This document shows, piece by piece, positions 10,076-19,247 of a stretch of 64,000 nt of DNA (position 1 is the stretch's first letter; each line of letters begins with the position of its first letter). The DNA lies in NCBI GenBank assembly GCA_964491665.1, contig CAZBII010000005.1, forward strand, positions 2,071 to 66,070. The letters are read 5' to 3'. Below the pieces are notes generated by a model. The model searched no databases and had not been told where the DNA came from. It was given only the letters and a program-made list of their open reading frames with translations. A program made the position numbers and the translations under genes. The DNA comes from an uncultured Moraxellaceae bacterium (GTDB taxonomy: Bacteria; Pseudomonadota; Gammaproteobacteria; Pseudomonadales; Ketobacteraceae).

Positions 10076-10311
10076 ACCTGGCTAGCTATAGCGCTAGCGC
10101 AAAGGAGCAAACGACAACAGGAGACCGGACCTTAACTGCCACGAAGAGGCAGGAAACTCGACGTGCGTCCCGCAGGTGCGGCTGGCAAATCCGGGCAAGG
10201 TGAGTGTCACTATTGGCGTGCCGGTCGCGCATGGCCGCAATTCCATGCCGATTGCGCAGCTTTTTCTATACTCAGGAAAAAGCGCTGTGCTGCTGCAAGG
10301 ATTGATTTCCG

Positions 10312-11586
10312 ATGCCCCCAACTTCCGTCGTGTCTGCCCATGCTCCCGTGCCGGTGGGAACCCTCCTGCGTCTGGCGCGCAGCCTGGCATTCTTTCGCGA
10401 CTGGAGTGTCGATGAACTCAAGGCCATCGCACCCTTCTGCACGTCACTTGCCATCAGTACACCCACCCGCCTGTTCCAGCTCAACGGCCTGGAGCCCTTT
10501 TCCTATTTTCTGCTGCAGGGCGAAGTCCGGCTGGAAGCCGCCAGTGGCGAGGTGCGGGTGATTCGCGCCGACGAGGTGGATGCCGGTTTCCCCATTGCCC
10601 GCGCCCGGCCCAGCCAGTACAGCGTGACGGCGCTGCAGGGGGCGGAGCTGCTGCGGGTGGAAAGCTCCAAACTGCGCAGCCATCAGGCGCGCTCGGTGCT
10701 GGCGCAGCTGGCCACGGATACTGACGCACCCGCCGACGAGCACTGGCGCACCCATCCGCTGGTGACCCGCCTGATCCGCCAGGTGCAGGACGGCCGGCTG
10801 GCCCTGCCGGCGATGCCCGGCATTGCCGCGCGGGTGCGCACGGCGCTGGGCAAGGCGTCCTACCGGCTCGACGACGTGGTGGCCATCATCAATGCCGACC
10901 CCGCCATCGCCGCCCGCCTGCTGAAAGTGGCCAACAGCGCCCTGTTCAGCGCCCAGGCCCACTGTGAAACCGTCAAGGGTGCCCTGCTGCGGCTGGGGGT
11001 GGAGAAAACCCAGGGCATGATGACCAGCCTGCTGGCGCGGGACCTGTTTGCCGCACGCACGCCAGCGCTGAAAAAGCTGATGCTCACCCGCTGGCGCCAT
11101 GCCATCGACATCGCCGCGATCTGCGCCGTGCTGGCGCGTCTCACCCCCGGCCTGCAGTTCGAGCGCGCCATGCTGGTGGGACTGCTGCACGAAGTCGGTG
11201 TCCTGCCGGTGATCCGCATGGCCGAAGCCTATCCCGACCTGCTGGAGGACGAAGCGCTGTTCAACACCATTCTCTGCCGCCTGGGGCCGGAGCTGTCGGC
11301 CATGGTGCTGGAGCAGTGGGGCTTCGAGGACGACTATTGCGTGGCGGCGCGTCACCAGAATCACTGGTTCCGCGATCATGACGGCAAGGCTGATTACACT
11401 GATGTACTCATCATCGCGCATCTGCATCTGCTGGTGCACGACCGCGCGCAGCTGCAACTGCCGCGCATCGACGAAGTTCCCGCCTATGAAAAACTCGCGC
11501 TGGGCAAGCTCACACCGGAACTGAGCCTGCAGGTGCTGGAGGAAGCGCGCCAGCAGATCCATGAACTGAAATCCCTGCTGGCGTAA
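10312..11586 (+). CDS. HDOD domain protein with N-terminal cyclic-nucleotide-binding-like beta-barrel
   Basis: HDOD-typical segment LPAMPGIAARVRTALGKASYRLDDVVAIINADPAIAARLLKVANSALFS. The N-terminal ~130 aa resemble a cNMP-binding fold (FFRDWSVDELKAIAPF...FLLQGEVRLE). Confidence 0.7.
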   Translation: MPPTSVVSAHAPVPVGTLLRLARSLAFFRDWSVDELKAIAPFCTSLAISTPTRLFQLNGLEPFSYFLLQGEVRLEAASGEVRVIRADEVDAGFPIARARPSQYSVTALQGAELLRVESSKLRSHQARSVLAQLATDTDAPADEHWRTHPLVTRLIRQVQDGRLALPAMPGIAARVRTALGKASYRLDDVVAIINADPAIAARLLKVANSALFSAQAHCETVKGALLRLGVEKTQGMMTSLLARDLFAARTPALKKLMLTRWRHAIDIAAICAVLARLTPGLQFERAMLVGLLHEVGVLPVIRMAEAYPDLLEDEALFNTILCRLGPELSAMVLEQWGFEDDYCVAARHQNHWFRDHDGKADYTDVLIIAHLHLLVHDRAQLQLPRIDEVPAYEKLALGKLTPELSLQVLEEARQQIHELKSLLA

Positions 11587-11604
11587 ATGCGTGTGCCGGA
11601 ACGC

Positions 11605-11645
11605 ACAGCGCCCGGGCAGAGAACCTGACCGGGCGCTGTTTTTAT
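11605..11645. terminator. Rho-independent terminator between convergent genes
   Basis: 11-bp perfect stem ACAGCGCCCGG (11605-11615) / CCGGGCGCTGT (11629-11639), followed by TTTTAT. Confidence 0.75.
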
Positions 11646-11658
11646 CCTGCAGACTTGC

Positions 11659-13065
11659 TTACTTGAACATCGCCTTGAAGAACTTCACCTTTTCCTTGTA
11701 CGGCGCATAACGCATCGGCAGATCCATGAAGGTGGCCGACTTCAGCACGCTGCGCTGGTGCGAGAAGGTGAGGAACGACTTGTGGCCGTGGTAGGAGCCC
11801 ACGCCGCTTTCGCCCACGCCGCCGAACGGCAGGTTGGCGTTGGCAATGTGCATCAGCGTGTTGTTGACGCAGCCGCCGCCGAACTGGATGTTGTCCAGCA
11901 CGTCGCGTTCCACTTCCGAGCTTTCGGTGAACAGGTACAGCGCCAGCGGATGGCTCGGCAGTTTCTTCATGTGCTGGTACACCTCGTTCAGCGAGTTGTA
12001 GCTGATGATGGGCAGCACCGGGCCGAAGATTTCTTCCTTCATCACCGGATCATCCAGCGACACGTTTTTCAGCAGCGTGGGCGCGATGTACAGATCCTTG
12101 GCGTCGGTCTGGCCGCCGGCCAGCACCTTGGCGGGATCGATCAGCTTGCTCACGCGCTCGAAATGTTTCTTGTTGATCATGCGGCCCAGGTCAGGGCTCT
12201 GCTGCGGATTGTTGCCGTAGAAATCCTGCAGCGTCTGCACCAGCTTGCGCTCGAATTCTTCCTTGATGGAAGCGTGCACGAACAGGTGATCCGGCGCGAT
12301 GCAGGTCTGGCCCACGTTCATGAACTTGCCGGCCAGCACGCGCTTGGCCGCCACGTCCAGCTTGGCGTCGCTGTGCACGATGGTGGGGCTCTTGCCGCCC
12401 AGCTCCAGCGTCACCGGTGTGAGGAAGCGCGCAGCCTTGGCCATCACGATCTTGCCCACGCGCGGGCTGCCGGTGAAGAAGATGTGGTCGAACTGCTCTT
12501 CCAGCAGCGCGTCGGTCACTTCGGTACTGCCCTGGAAAATCTGGAACACGTCCGGCGAGAAGAATTCCTTCGCCATTTTTTCCATCACGCCGGCGGTCTG
12601 CGGGTTCAGCGACGACGGCTTCATGATGACGGTGTTGCCGGCGGCCAGTGCGCCGATCAGGGGCTGGATGCACAGCACAAACGGGTAGTTGTAGGGGCCC
12701 ATGATGAACACCACGCCCAGCGGACGGTATTCAACACGGCTGCGACCCGGCTGGGCCAGCAGCGGCGTGCCGACCTTTTTCGGCTGCATCCATTTTTTCA
12801 GGTGCTTGATGGTGTGGTTGAGCTCTTCCATGGCGGTGCTCATTTCCACATAGGCTTCCAGCGGCGGACGGCCGATGTCGGCCTTCAGTGCGGCCTCCAC
12901 GTCATCGGCGTATTTCAGCATGGCGGCCTTGAGCTTTTTCAGCTGGGCCAGGCGGAATTCGTAACTGCGGGTGGCGCCCGATTCGAAAAATGCGCGTTGC
13001 TTGGCGACGGCGGCGGTTGCCCAGTCGGCGCGGGAGTTGGGTTGGGTATCGACGGCTGCGTTCAT
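11659..13065 (-). CDS. NAD(P)-dependent aldehyde dehydrogenase (class 3 / fatty or coniferyl aldehyde dehydrogenase-like)
   Basis: Start re-picked at ATG 13065 with a GGAG upstream. Catalytic blocks are TLELGGKSP and FMNVGQTCIAPDH. About 469 aa. Confidence 0.85.
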   Translation of the reverse strand: MNAAVDTQPNSRADWATAAVAKQRAFFESGATRSYEFRLAQLKKLKAAMLKYADDVEAALKADIGRPPLEAYVEMSTAMEELNHTIKHLKKWMQPKKVGTPLLAQPGRSRVEYRPLGVVFIMGPYNYPFVLCIQPLIGALAAGNTVIMKPSSLNPQTAGVMEKMAKEFFSPDVFQIFQGSTEVTDALLEEQFDHIFFTGSPRVGKIVMAKAARFLTPVTLELGGKSPTIVHSDAKLDVAAKRVLAGKFMNVGQTCIAPDHLFVHASIKEEFERKLVQTLQDFYGNNPQQSPDLGRMINKKHFERVSKLIDPAKVLAGGQTDAKDLYIAPTLLKNVSLDDPVMKEEIFGPVLPIISYNSLNEVYQHMKKLPSHPLALYLFTESSEVERDVLDNIQFGGGCVNNTLMHIANANLPFGGVGESGVGSYHGHKSFLTFSHQRSVLKSATFMDLPMRYAPYKEKVKFFKAMFK

Positions 13066-13244
13066 GGGAGGTCCGCTCCTTGTTGGTGTGGTGAGATACA
13101 ACCACGGTGACGCACCGGTCGCAATAGCAGGGGTGACCATTTTCATTGACCGAAAACGCCAGCGTGGTTTTGGCTGACCGGGAAGATGGTATCGGGTCAC
13201 GTTTCAGGCCGGTGCAGGTTGCCGGCCGGCCTGATGCTTCCGTC

Positions 13245-14045
13245 TCAGCGTACTGACCGTTCCTTGAACGGAATATCCGCCTGCTTCTGGTTGCGCTCCA
13301 CCGAGATACGCTGGTTCTTGCTGCCGATCATGCGCCGCTGCCACAGTCGCTCGGCCCGCAGTGCCGCACTGTCCAGTGCCCGCCAGGCCTGCTGCAGCAG
13401 GAACTTGCCGGCACCCACTGCATCCGGCGAGCGCACCGCGATTTCCGCTACCAGCACCTGGGCTTTGGCCATCGGATCGTCGCTGACATGGGTGACCAGT
13501 CCTATCGCCCGGCCTTCGGTGCCATTCAGCACGCGCCCGGTCATGGTGATCTCCTTGGCCACGTCGATCGGCATCAGTTCCCGCATCAGGGCCACGCCGC
13601 CCATGTCCGGCACCAGACCCCACTTGGCTTCCATCATCGACAGCTTCGCGTCAGGGGTGCAGATGCGGATGTCCGCCCCCAGGCCCAGCTGCAGGCCGGC
13701 GCCGAAGCAGTTGCCGTGCATCACCGCGATCACCGGCACGCCCACTTCGCGCCAGCCGATGCTCCAGGTCTGGAACTGGTTGCGGAACGGCAGCCACAGC
13801 TGCAGGTAGCTGGCCATGGCGGTGGACGGCTTGCCCAGCACGTTCTTCACGTCCAGGCCGGCGCAGAACGAGGGGCCGTCGCCATGGAGGATCACGGCGC
13901 GGATGTCCTTCATCCGGCTGACCTGTTTCTGCGCCGCCAGCACGCCTTTCAGCAGGGGCATGTCCATGCCGTTGTGCTTGTCGGCACGGTTGAGGGTGAC
14001 ATAGGCAATCTGGTTTTCCACCCGCACACGCACGCGGTCATTCAT
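13245..14045 (-). CDS. Enoyl-CoA hydratase/isomerase (crotonase) family protein
   Basis: Crotonase blocks GDGPSFCAGLDVK and MHGNCFGAGLQLGLGADIRI. GGAG lies upstream of ATG 14045. Confidence 0.85.
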   Translation of the reverse strand: MNDRVRVRVENQIAYVTLNRADKHNGMDMPLLKGVLAAQKQVSRMKDIRAVILHGDGPSFCAGLDVKNVLGKPSTAMASYLQLWLPFRNQFQTWSIGWREVGVPVIAVMHGNCFGAGLQLGLGADIRICTPDAKLSMMEAKWGLVPDMGGVALMRELMPIDVAKEITMTGRVLNGTEGRAIGLVTHVSDDPMAKAQVLVAEIAVRSPDAVGAGKFLLQQAWRALDSAALRAERLWQRRMIGSKNQRISVERNQKQADIPFKERSVR

Positions 14046-14221
14046 GGGCCATCTCCGGTCATCAGTTTGAATGGGGGAAGGCTACACGCTTGCCGCAGTC
14101 GCGGGAAAATTTTTTTGCCGGTGGCGTAAACCGGATCGGGAGTGGTGCGTTAAACCGGGCAGAGGCGGCCATTTGTCCCGGCCAAATCCCCCAACCCCGC
14201 TTTGATACCAAGGAGAAACCC

Positions 14222-14590
14222 ATGAAAACCAGCAAGTTGATGATTGCCGTTGCCCTGGCTGCCAGCTGCGCCGTGTCCGTTGCCAACGCCGAGCGTGTGC
14301 GCGACCGCGATCACCAGCGCCGTGATTTCACCACCGATGTCACCCGCACCACCGGCAGCGGCAAGACCTTCACCCGTCACACCGAACAGACCGCCACCGA
14401 AAATGGCTTCCACCGTGACAGCACCATGACCAATCCGGCCGGCAAGACCGCCACCCGCAGCGTGGACGGCAGTTACGATCCGGAAACCAGAACCTATACG
14501 AAGGAAATCAGCAAGACCAACTTCAAGGGCGAAACCCGCAACCGCACCGTTACCAAAACCGTGCAGACCGGTGATGATGGCGCGGAATAA
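14222..14590 (+). CDS. Small secreted Thr/Arg-rich protein, no recognised family
   Basis: AAGGAG lies upstream of ATG 14222. Signal peptide MKTSKLMIAVALAASCAVSVANA. The mature part has three loose GKT.TR-type repeats. Confidence 0.5.
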   Translation: MKTSKLMIAVALAASCAVSVANAERVRDRDHQRRDFTTDVTRTTGSGKTFTRHTEQTATENGFHRDSTMTNPAGKTATRSVDGSYDPETRTYTKEISKTNFKGETRNRTVTKTVQTGDDGAE

Positions 14591-14620
14591 TCACAGCGCG
14601 GCCCAGGTACAAAAAGGCGA

Positions 14621-14629
14621 TGCTAGAAT
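14621..14629 (+). promoter_or_regulatory. Extended -10-like element TGCTAGAAT
   Basis: TGnTAnAAT match 36 nt upstream of ATG 14665. It overlaps the first ATG (14620) of the listed sigma-factor ORF. Confidence 0.35.
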
Positions 14630-14664
14630 TGAGCGGCCAGCCGTTGACGGAATCCAGTACGCTG

Positions 14665-15228
14665 ATGTCTTCCTCCACAGACAACGTTGTCGCTCTCACA
14701 CTCGATGCGTTTCTGGCCAGCGTCGAGCGCCGTGCCTACCGCATGGCGCTGCTGGCCACGCATCAGCATGCCGACGCGCTGGACATCGTGCAGGATGCCA
14801 TGCTGAAACTGGTGCAGCGTTACCGTCATGCCACGCACGCCGAATGGCCATTGCTGTTCCAGCGCATTTTGCAGAACCGGATTCTGGACTGGCATCGCCG
14901 CCAGACGCGCACGCGGCGCTGGTTCGTGTTCGCCGCACCGGTGAATGAAGATGAGGAAGCGGAAGCCGACGAGTTCGCCCACATTGCCGATCCGCGCGAA
15001 CAGGACCCGCCGGCATTGCTGGCGCGCGCCAGTGACATGGACACGGTGCTGAAAGTGGTGGAGGCGCTGCCGCTGCGCCAGCAACAGGCCTTTCTGCTGC
15101 GCGCCTGGGAAGGACTGGATATTGCGTCCACCGCCGCCGCTATGGCATGCAGCGAAGGCGCAGTGAAATCCCACTATTTTCGCGCCACGCAGGCCCTGCG
15201 CGCCGCACTGCAACAGGAGGTTTCATGA
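14665..15228 (+). CDS. ECF-type RNA polymerase sigma factor (sigma-70 family)
   Basis: Region 2-like DALDIVQDAMLKLVQRY and region 4-like LPLRQQQAFLLRAWEGLDIASTAAAMACSEGAVKSHYFRATQALR. The start is uncertain: 14620 in the ORF track, or 14665 if TGCTAGAAT is the promoter. Confidence 0.75.
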   Translation: MSSSTDNVVALTLDAFLASVERRAYRMALLATHQHADALDIVQDAMLKLVQRYRHATHAEWPLLFQRILQNRILDWHRRQTRTRRWFVFAAPVNEDEEAEADEFAHIADPREQDPPALLARASDMDTVLKVVEALPLRQQQAFLLRAWEGLDIASTAAAMACSEGAVKSHYFRATQALRAALQQEVS

Positions 15229-15629
15229 CAGCGGAATCTCGGGATGACCAGTCCCAACTGGAACGCCGCATCACCGCCACGCTCGAGCGCAGCACGCACG
15301 CGCTGGATGCAGAAACACAGCAGCAATTGCAGCAGCTGCGGCGCGCTGCCCTGCAGCAGACGCCGGCCAGCACCGACAAACTGCGACCCGCATTGATGAT
15401 CGCCGCCAGCGTTATCGCGCTGGTGCTGGTCACGCTGGCAACCCAGCCCTGGCGCAGCGCGCTCTCGCCGCAGGACGGGCCGGGTCAGATCGCCGTGCAG
15501 GATGCAGCAGCACCGGCCACCCGCCACAGCAGTGCAGCAGACAGCAGTGACAGTTACCTGGACGAAGAACCGGACCTGCTGGCCGACTGGGACATGCTGG
15601 ACGCGATCGGCGAGGCTCCGGATGCCTGA
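15225..15629 (+). CDS. DUF3619-like membrane protein (putative anti-sigma partner)
   Basis: The ATG overlaps the sigma gene stop (ATGA at 15225-15228). One central TM segment (ALMIAASVIALVLVTLA). The position and style match DUF3619 proteins that follow this sigma type. Confidence 0.55.
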   Translation: MTAESRDDQSQLERRITATLERSTHALDAETQQQLQQLRRAALQQTPASTDKLRPALMIAASVIALVLVTLATQPWRSALSPQDGPGQIAVQDAAAPATRHSSAADSSDSYLDEEPDLLADWDMLDAIGEAPDA

Positions 15630-15906
15630 ACGTCTGCGCCTTCTGCTGTGGCCGCTGCTGCTGGCGGTGTGTCTGGCGCACGCCGGTGCCGCGCCGCCAG
15701 CGGAATTCTGGGATTATCTGGAAGAATTCGGCGACACCCAGGATGAACTGTTCGATCCGCTGGATCTCGGAGATGCCGAAGCAGCCGCGCGCAGCACGCA
15801 CAATCACTCGGCCATCGACCCGCAACACCGCATCACCACACCCGTAACCGGTTCAACGTTGACTGCGCCTTCCGGTGCAGCATCCACCGTGGAGAAAAGC
15901 CCATGA
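15622..15906 (+). CDS. Small secreted acidic protein
   Basis: 8-nt overlap with the upstream gene. Signal peptide MPERLRLLLWPLLLAVCLAHAGA, followed by an acidic DE-rich segment. Confidence 0.4.
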   Translation: MPERLRLLLWPLLLAVCLAHAGAAPPAEFWDYLEEFGDTQDELFDPLDLGDAEAAARSTHNHSAIDPQHRITTPVTGSTLTAPSGAASTVEKSP

Positions 15907-16403
15907 AACCGTGGCTCATTATCATGCTGCTGCTGACTGCCCAGAGCGTCAGCGCCGCTACCCAGAACTGGGAACAGCTGCCCGCCGAAACGCGCGCCCT
16001 GCTGCAGAACAAGGCAGAGCAGTGGAGCAGCCTGACGGAAACCCAGCAACAGCAATTGCTGCAGCGCGCCGAACGTTTCCGGCAACTGCCACTGCAGCAG
16101 CAACAGCAGATGCTGGAACGCTTCCAGCGCTGGCAGGCGCTGCCACCGGAGCGCCGCGCCGAACTGCGGGAACGCTATCGCCAGTTCCGCCAGCTGCCGC
16201 CGGAACAGCAGGCGCAGATTCGCGAACGCTTCCGCTGGTTTCGCGCCTTGCCGGAAGAAGAGCGCCAGCAGCTGCGGGAGAGCTGGCAGTCGCTGTCGCC
16301 GGATGAACGTCGCGACCTGCGCGAGCGTTTTCGCAGTGCCACGCCGGAACAGCGGCGCGCATTGCGGGAAAAACTGTTGCAGCGGCGTGCGCTGCGGCGC
16401 TGA
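15903..16403 (+). CDS. DUF3106-like secreted protein with Arg/Gln-rich repeats
   Basis: ATGA overlap at 15903-15906. Signal peptide MKPWLIIMLLLTAQSVSA. Repeated RERF/YR.F..LP.E.. motifs occur (ERFRQLP, RERYRQFRQLPPEQQ, RERFRWFRALPEEERQQLRE, RERFRSATPEQRRALRE). Confidence 0.6.
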   Translation: MKPWLIIMLLLTAQSVSAATQNWEQLPAETRALLQNKAEQWSSLTETQQQQLLQRAERFRQLPLQQQQQMLERFQRWQALPPERRAELRERYRQFRQLPPEQQAQIRERFRWFRALPEEERQQLRESWQSLSPDERRDLRERFRSATPEQRRALREKLLQRRALRR

Positions 16404-16475
16404 TTGCCATTTGATAAAACAGCGCACCCGCGCACAACAAAATTCATTCCGGAAACCGGATTTGCAAGGAATATC

Positions 16476-17360
16476 ATGTCTGCCCGAACACTGTTGTCAG
16501 GCCTGCTGCTGTCGCTGACCAGCATCCTGTTCACCACACACCTCTGCGCCCAGCCCGAATGGGATCTGCAACTGTCCGCCGAACGTCTGCACCAGTCGTT
16601 TGCTGACGGCGACGCCGATCTCGACACCGTTACCTTCACGCCGTCCGTCAGTGTCGGTGATTTCAGTCTCACCGCCACTGTGCCCTGGCAGCACATTGAC
16701 GGCACCTACTTCGTCAACACGGTTTATCCGGCGCTGGTGAACGCGTGCACGTATCTCAACAGTCTCTCCAATCTGACCAAGCTGCGCCTGATCCGTGAGG
16801 GCCTTCTGACACTGGAACAGGTGCAGTACTGCAGCCAGACCGCCGGTGTCGAAACCAGCACGCTGGATCACTCAGTTGAAGGCATGGGCGACATCGAACT
16901 GTTTGCCAGCTATTTTCTGCCACCGCTGTCCGAACACGCCTCCACCAGTGTGGGGCTGGGTTACAAGTTCGATAACGGCGATGTGGATGAGGGACTGGGC
17001 AGTGGCACCCGCGATGTCTTTGCCGAAACCTCGCTGCTGCTGCAGGGTGAGCGCCTGCACCTGCTGCTGACCCTGGGTTATGACTGGGTCCAGTCCGATG
17101 ACAGCGGGCTGGATCTGCAGGACTACGGCTATGCCGCTCTCGACACCGGCTGGCGGCTGTTCGAACCCTTCATCCTGGGAATCGAATATCACTACCAGCA
17201 GGCAGTGACCGAGCTGGTGGGCGACCTGGACTACCTGACCGGCTACGGTGAGCTGGCGCTGGGCGAACACTGGCGGGCGCGCCTGTCCGTCACCGATTAC
17301 CGGAACGCAGACGGCTATCCTGAAGAGGAAATCGGCGGCAGCCTGGCCTGGCAGTTCTGA
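16476..17360 (+). CDS. Putative outer-membrane beta-barrel protein
   Basis: AAGGAA lies upstream of ATG 16476. A signal-like N-terminus, alternating hydrophobic beta-strand pattern and C-terminal ...SLAWQF (terminal aromatic) are present. Confidence 0.5.
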   Translation: MSARTLLSGLLLSLTSILFTTHLCAQPEWDLQLSAERLHQSFADGDADLDTVTFTPSVSVGDFSLTATVPWQHIDGTYFVNTVYPALVNACTYLNSLSNLTKLRLIREGLLTLEQVQYCSQTAGVETSTLDHSVEGMGDIELFASYFLPPLSEHASTSVGLGYKFDNGDVDEGLGSGTRDVFAETSLLLQGERLHLLLTLGYDWVQSDDSGLDLQDYGYAALDTGWRLFEPFILGIEYHYQQAVTELVGDLDYLTGYGELALGEHWRARLSVTDYRNADGYPEEEIGGSLAWQF

Positions 17361-17462
17361 CCGGCGGGTTCTGCTCGAGACGCTTGTATTGATGTGTGTC
17401 ATTGTTCCACGGCGTGCACCTGCATGAAACTGCCCGGACCACTTTGGGGCAGGAGTACCGCC

Positions 17463-18458
17463 ATGACCGACACCACCAGCAAACCCGATTACCAGAACGC
17501 CACTGCCGGCCAGCACGGCGCCATCACCAAGGACGACCTGAAAGCACAGCTGGAGGTCATGACCCAGCGGATCATGAATCCGCGCGAGGGTCTGTACGGT
17601 CCCAACTCCATGTCCTGGAAGGTCAACCGTCATGTCAGCATCATGATGGGCGCCGGCGCCGCCAACCTGTTGCAGCTGGCGCATCCCTGGGTGTCGCAGG
17701 CCATCGACCAGCACTCGCAGACCCAGACCGATCCGTTCGGCCGTCTGCAGCGCACCTTCCTCAACGTCCATTCGATGATTTTCGGCAGTCTGGACCAGGT
17801 GCTGGAATCCGCAGTGCGCGTGCACAACATCCACGCCAAGATCACGGGCCAGAATACCGAAACCGCCGGCCGCACCAAGAAAGGCAGCGCCTATTTCGCC
17901 AACCAGATTGACGCCATGCTGTGGGTGCACGCCACCCTCTGGATTACCGGCCTGCGCGTGTATGAACTGTTCCACACGCCGCTCAGCAAGGCCGAACGCG
18001 ACCAGTATTACGAAGAGTCCAAACTGTTTGCCTACCTGTTCGGCATTCCGGAATCGGCACTGCCGCCGACCTGGGAAGATTTCATGACCTACTACAACAA
18101 CATGGTGAACTCCGACACCCTGGTGGTGGGCGATGTGGGCCGCCAGCTGGTGGAATACATCTTCAGCATGCGCGCCTGGCTGATGCCGGTGCTGAACCGT
18201 CACAAGATCCATACCGCCGTGCTGCTGCCGGAACGTCTGCGTGCCGAATTCGGTTTTCCCGAAGTCACCGCCAAGACCCGCGCCAGTTTCGATTTCGACG
18301 TCAAGCTGGCCCGCAATTTCTTCCGCATTGCGCCGGACGCCATCAAATACATGCCGCCGTATATCGAAGCGCAGCGCCGCATTGCCGGCGAGCCGGCGGG
18401 CCGGGTGACCCGCTGGACCAACCAGCTGATCTACGGCCAGCCGCTGCTGGTGTCCTGA
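17463..18458 (+). CDS. DUF2236 / MpaB-family oxygenase (paralogue 1)
   Basis: AGGAG lies upstream of ATG 17463. Blocks NSMSWKVNRH, LLQLAHPWVSQAI and AVRVHNIHAKI are typical of DUF2236. Confidence 0.7.
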   Translation: MTDTTSKPDYQNATAGQHGAITKDDLKAQLEVMTQRIMNPREGLYGPNSMSWKVNRHVSIMMGAGAANLLQLAHPWVSQAIDQHSQTQTDPFGRLQRTFLNVHSMIFGSLDQVLESAVRVHNIHAKITGQNTETAGRTKKGSAYFANQIDAMLWVHATLWITGLRVYELFHTPLSKAERDQYYEESKLFAYLFGIPESALPPTWEDFMTYYNNMVNSDTLVVGDVGRQLVEYIFSMRAWLMPVLNRHKIHTAVLLPERLRAEFGFPEVTAKTRASFDFDVKLARNFFRIAPDAIKYMPPYIEAQRRIAGEPAGRVTRWTNQLIYGQPLLVS

Positions 18459-18490
18459 CGCATCAGGCGACTGAAAAAATCCCCGCCGAC

Positions 18491-18535
18491 CTTTCTGCCC
18501 ACACCTTACCCGCGAGGTGTGGGCAGAAAGTTTTT
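18491..18535 (+). terminator. Rho-independent terminator
   Basis: 15-bp perfect stem CTTTCTGCCCACACC (18491-18505) / GGTGTGGGCAGAAAG (18516-18530), followed by TTTTT. Confidence 0.85.
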
Positions 18536-18624
18536 CCCCGCCGCCGAATTGCGCGGCCACCCGCTTCATGTCACATTGTTGCGCCTTGCTGTTTTGCCAA
18601 CGTCAATGCACAGGATGTCATGCC

Positions 18625-19236
18625 ATGGATCTGGAAATAAGACCTGCCCGCCCCGACGACCGCGGTCCGATCGTCGAACTCATGTACAGCGCCGGTCCGG
18701 AAATCTACGACTTTCTCTACAAGACCCGCAAAACCGGCGCGGTCGATTTCATTCGCCACGAATTCAATACCGGCATCGGCTTCTGCGGCTATCGCGGCGT
18801 TACCGTGGCAGTGAAAGACGGCCGCGTGGTGGGCACCGGCTGTTTCTATGACAAATCCGTTTACGACAAAATGCTGGCGGGTTCCGGCAAGAATTTCTTC
18901 GGCTTTTTTGGCGTGCTCGGCGCGCTGCCGGTGCTGTGGCGCGCGCGGCACACCGGCAGCACCATGAAGCCACCGAAGGAAGGCGAACTGTATCTGGCGA
19001 ATTTCGGCGTCGATCCGGCGCTGCGCAGCCAGGGCATTGGCTCAGCCATGATCAGTCACAAGATCGATGAAGCCCGGCGCCAGGGCTACCGCATTTTCGG
19101 CCTCGATGTGGCTACCAATAATCCGCGCGGACAGGCGCTGTACACCCGGCTGGGACTGGAAGTGAAAAAGGAAAAACAGTTTTCCGGCAATGATCCAAAG
19201 GTGCCGGGCTGCCGCAAGATGGAACTCGCATTGTGA
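18625..19236 (+). CDS. GNAT family N-acetyltransferase
   Basis: Start re-picked at MDLEIRPARPDD. The acetyl-CoA-binding-like block is VDPALRSQGIGSAMI. Confidence 0.75.
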   Translation: MDLEIRPARPDDRGPIVELMYSAGPEIYDFLYKTRKTGAVDFIRHEFNTGIGFCGYRGVTVAVKDGRVVGTGCFYDKSVYDKMLAGSGKNFFGFFGVLGALPVLWRARHTGSTMKPPKEGELYLANFGVDPALRSQGIGSAMISHKIDEARRQGYRIFGLDVATNNPRGQALYTRLGLEVKKEKQFSGNDPKVPGCRKMELAL

Positions 19237-19247
19237 GGTAAGCCGGC

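Noticed and set aside
10080-10099. GCTAGC-TATAGC-GCTAGC self-complementary cluster just after the DUF3365 gene stop.
   Set aside because: It has only a 6-7 bp stem and no U-tract, so it is plausibly a weak terminator or chance palindrome. Nothing else supports a function.
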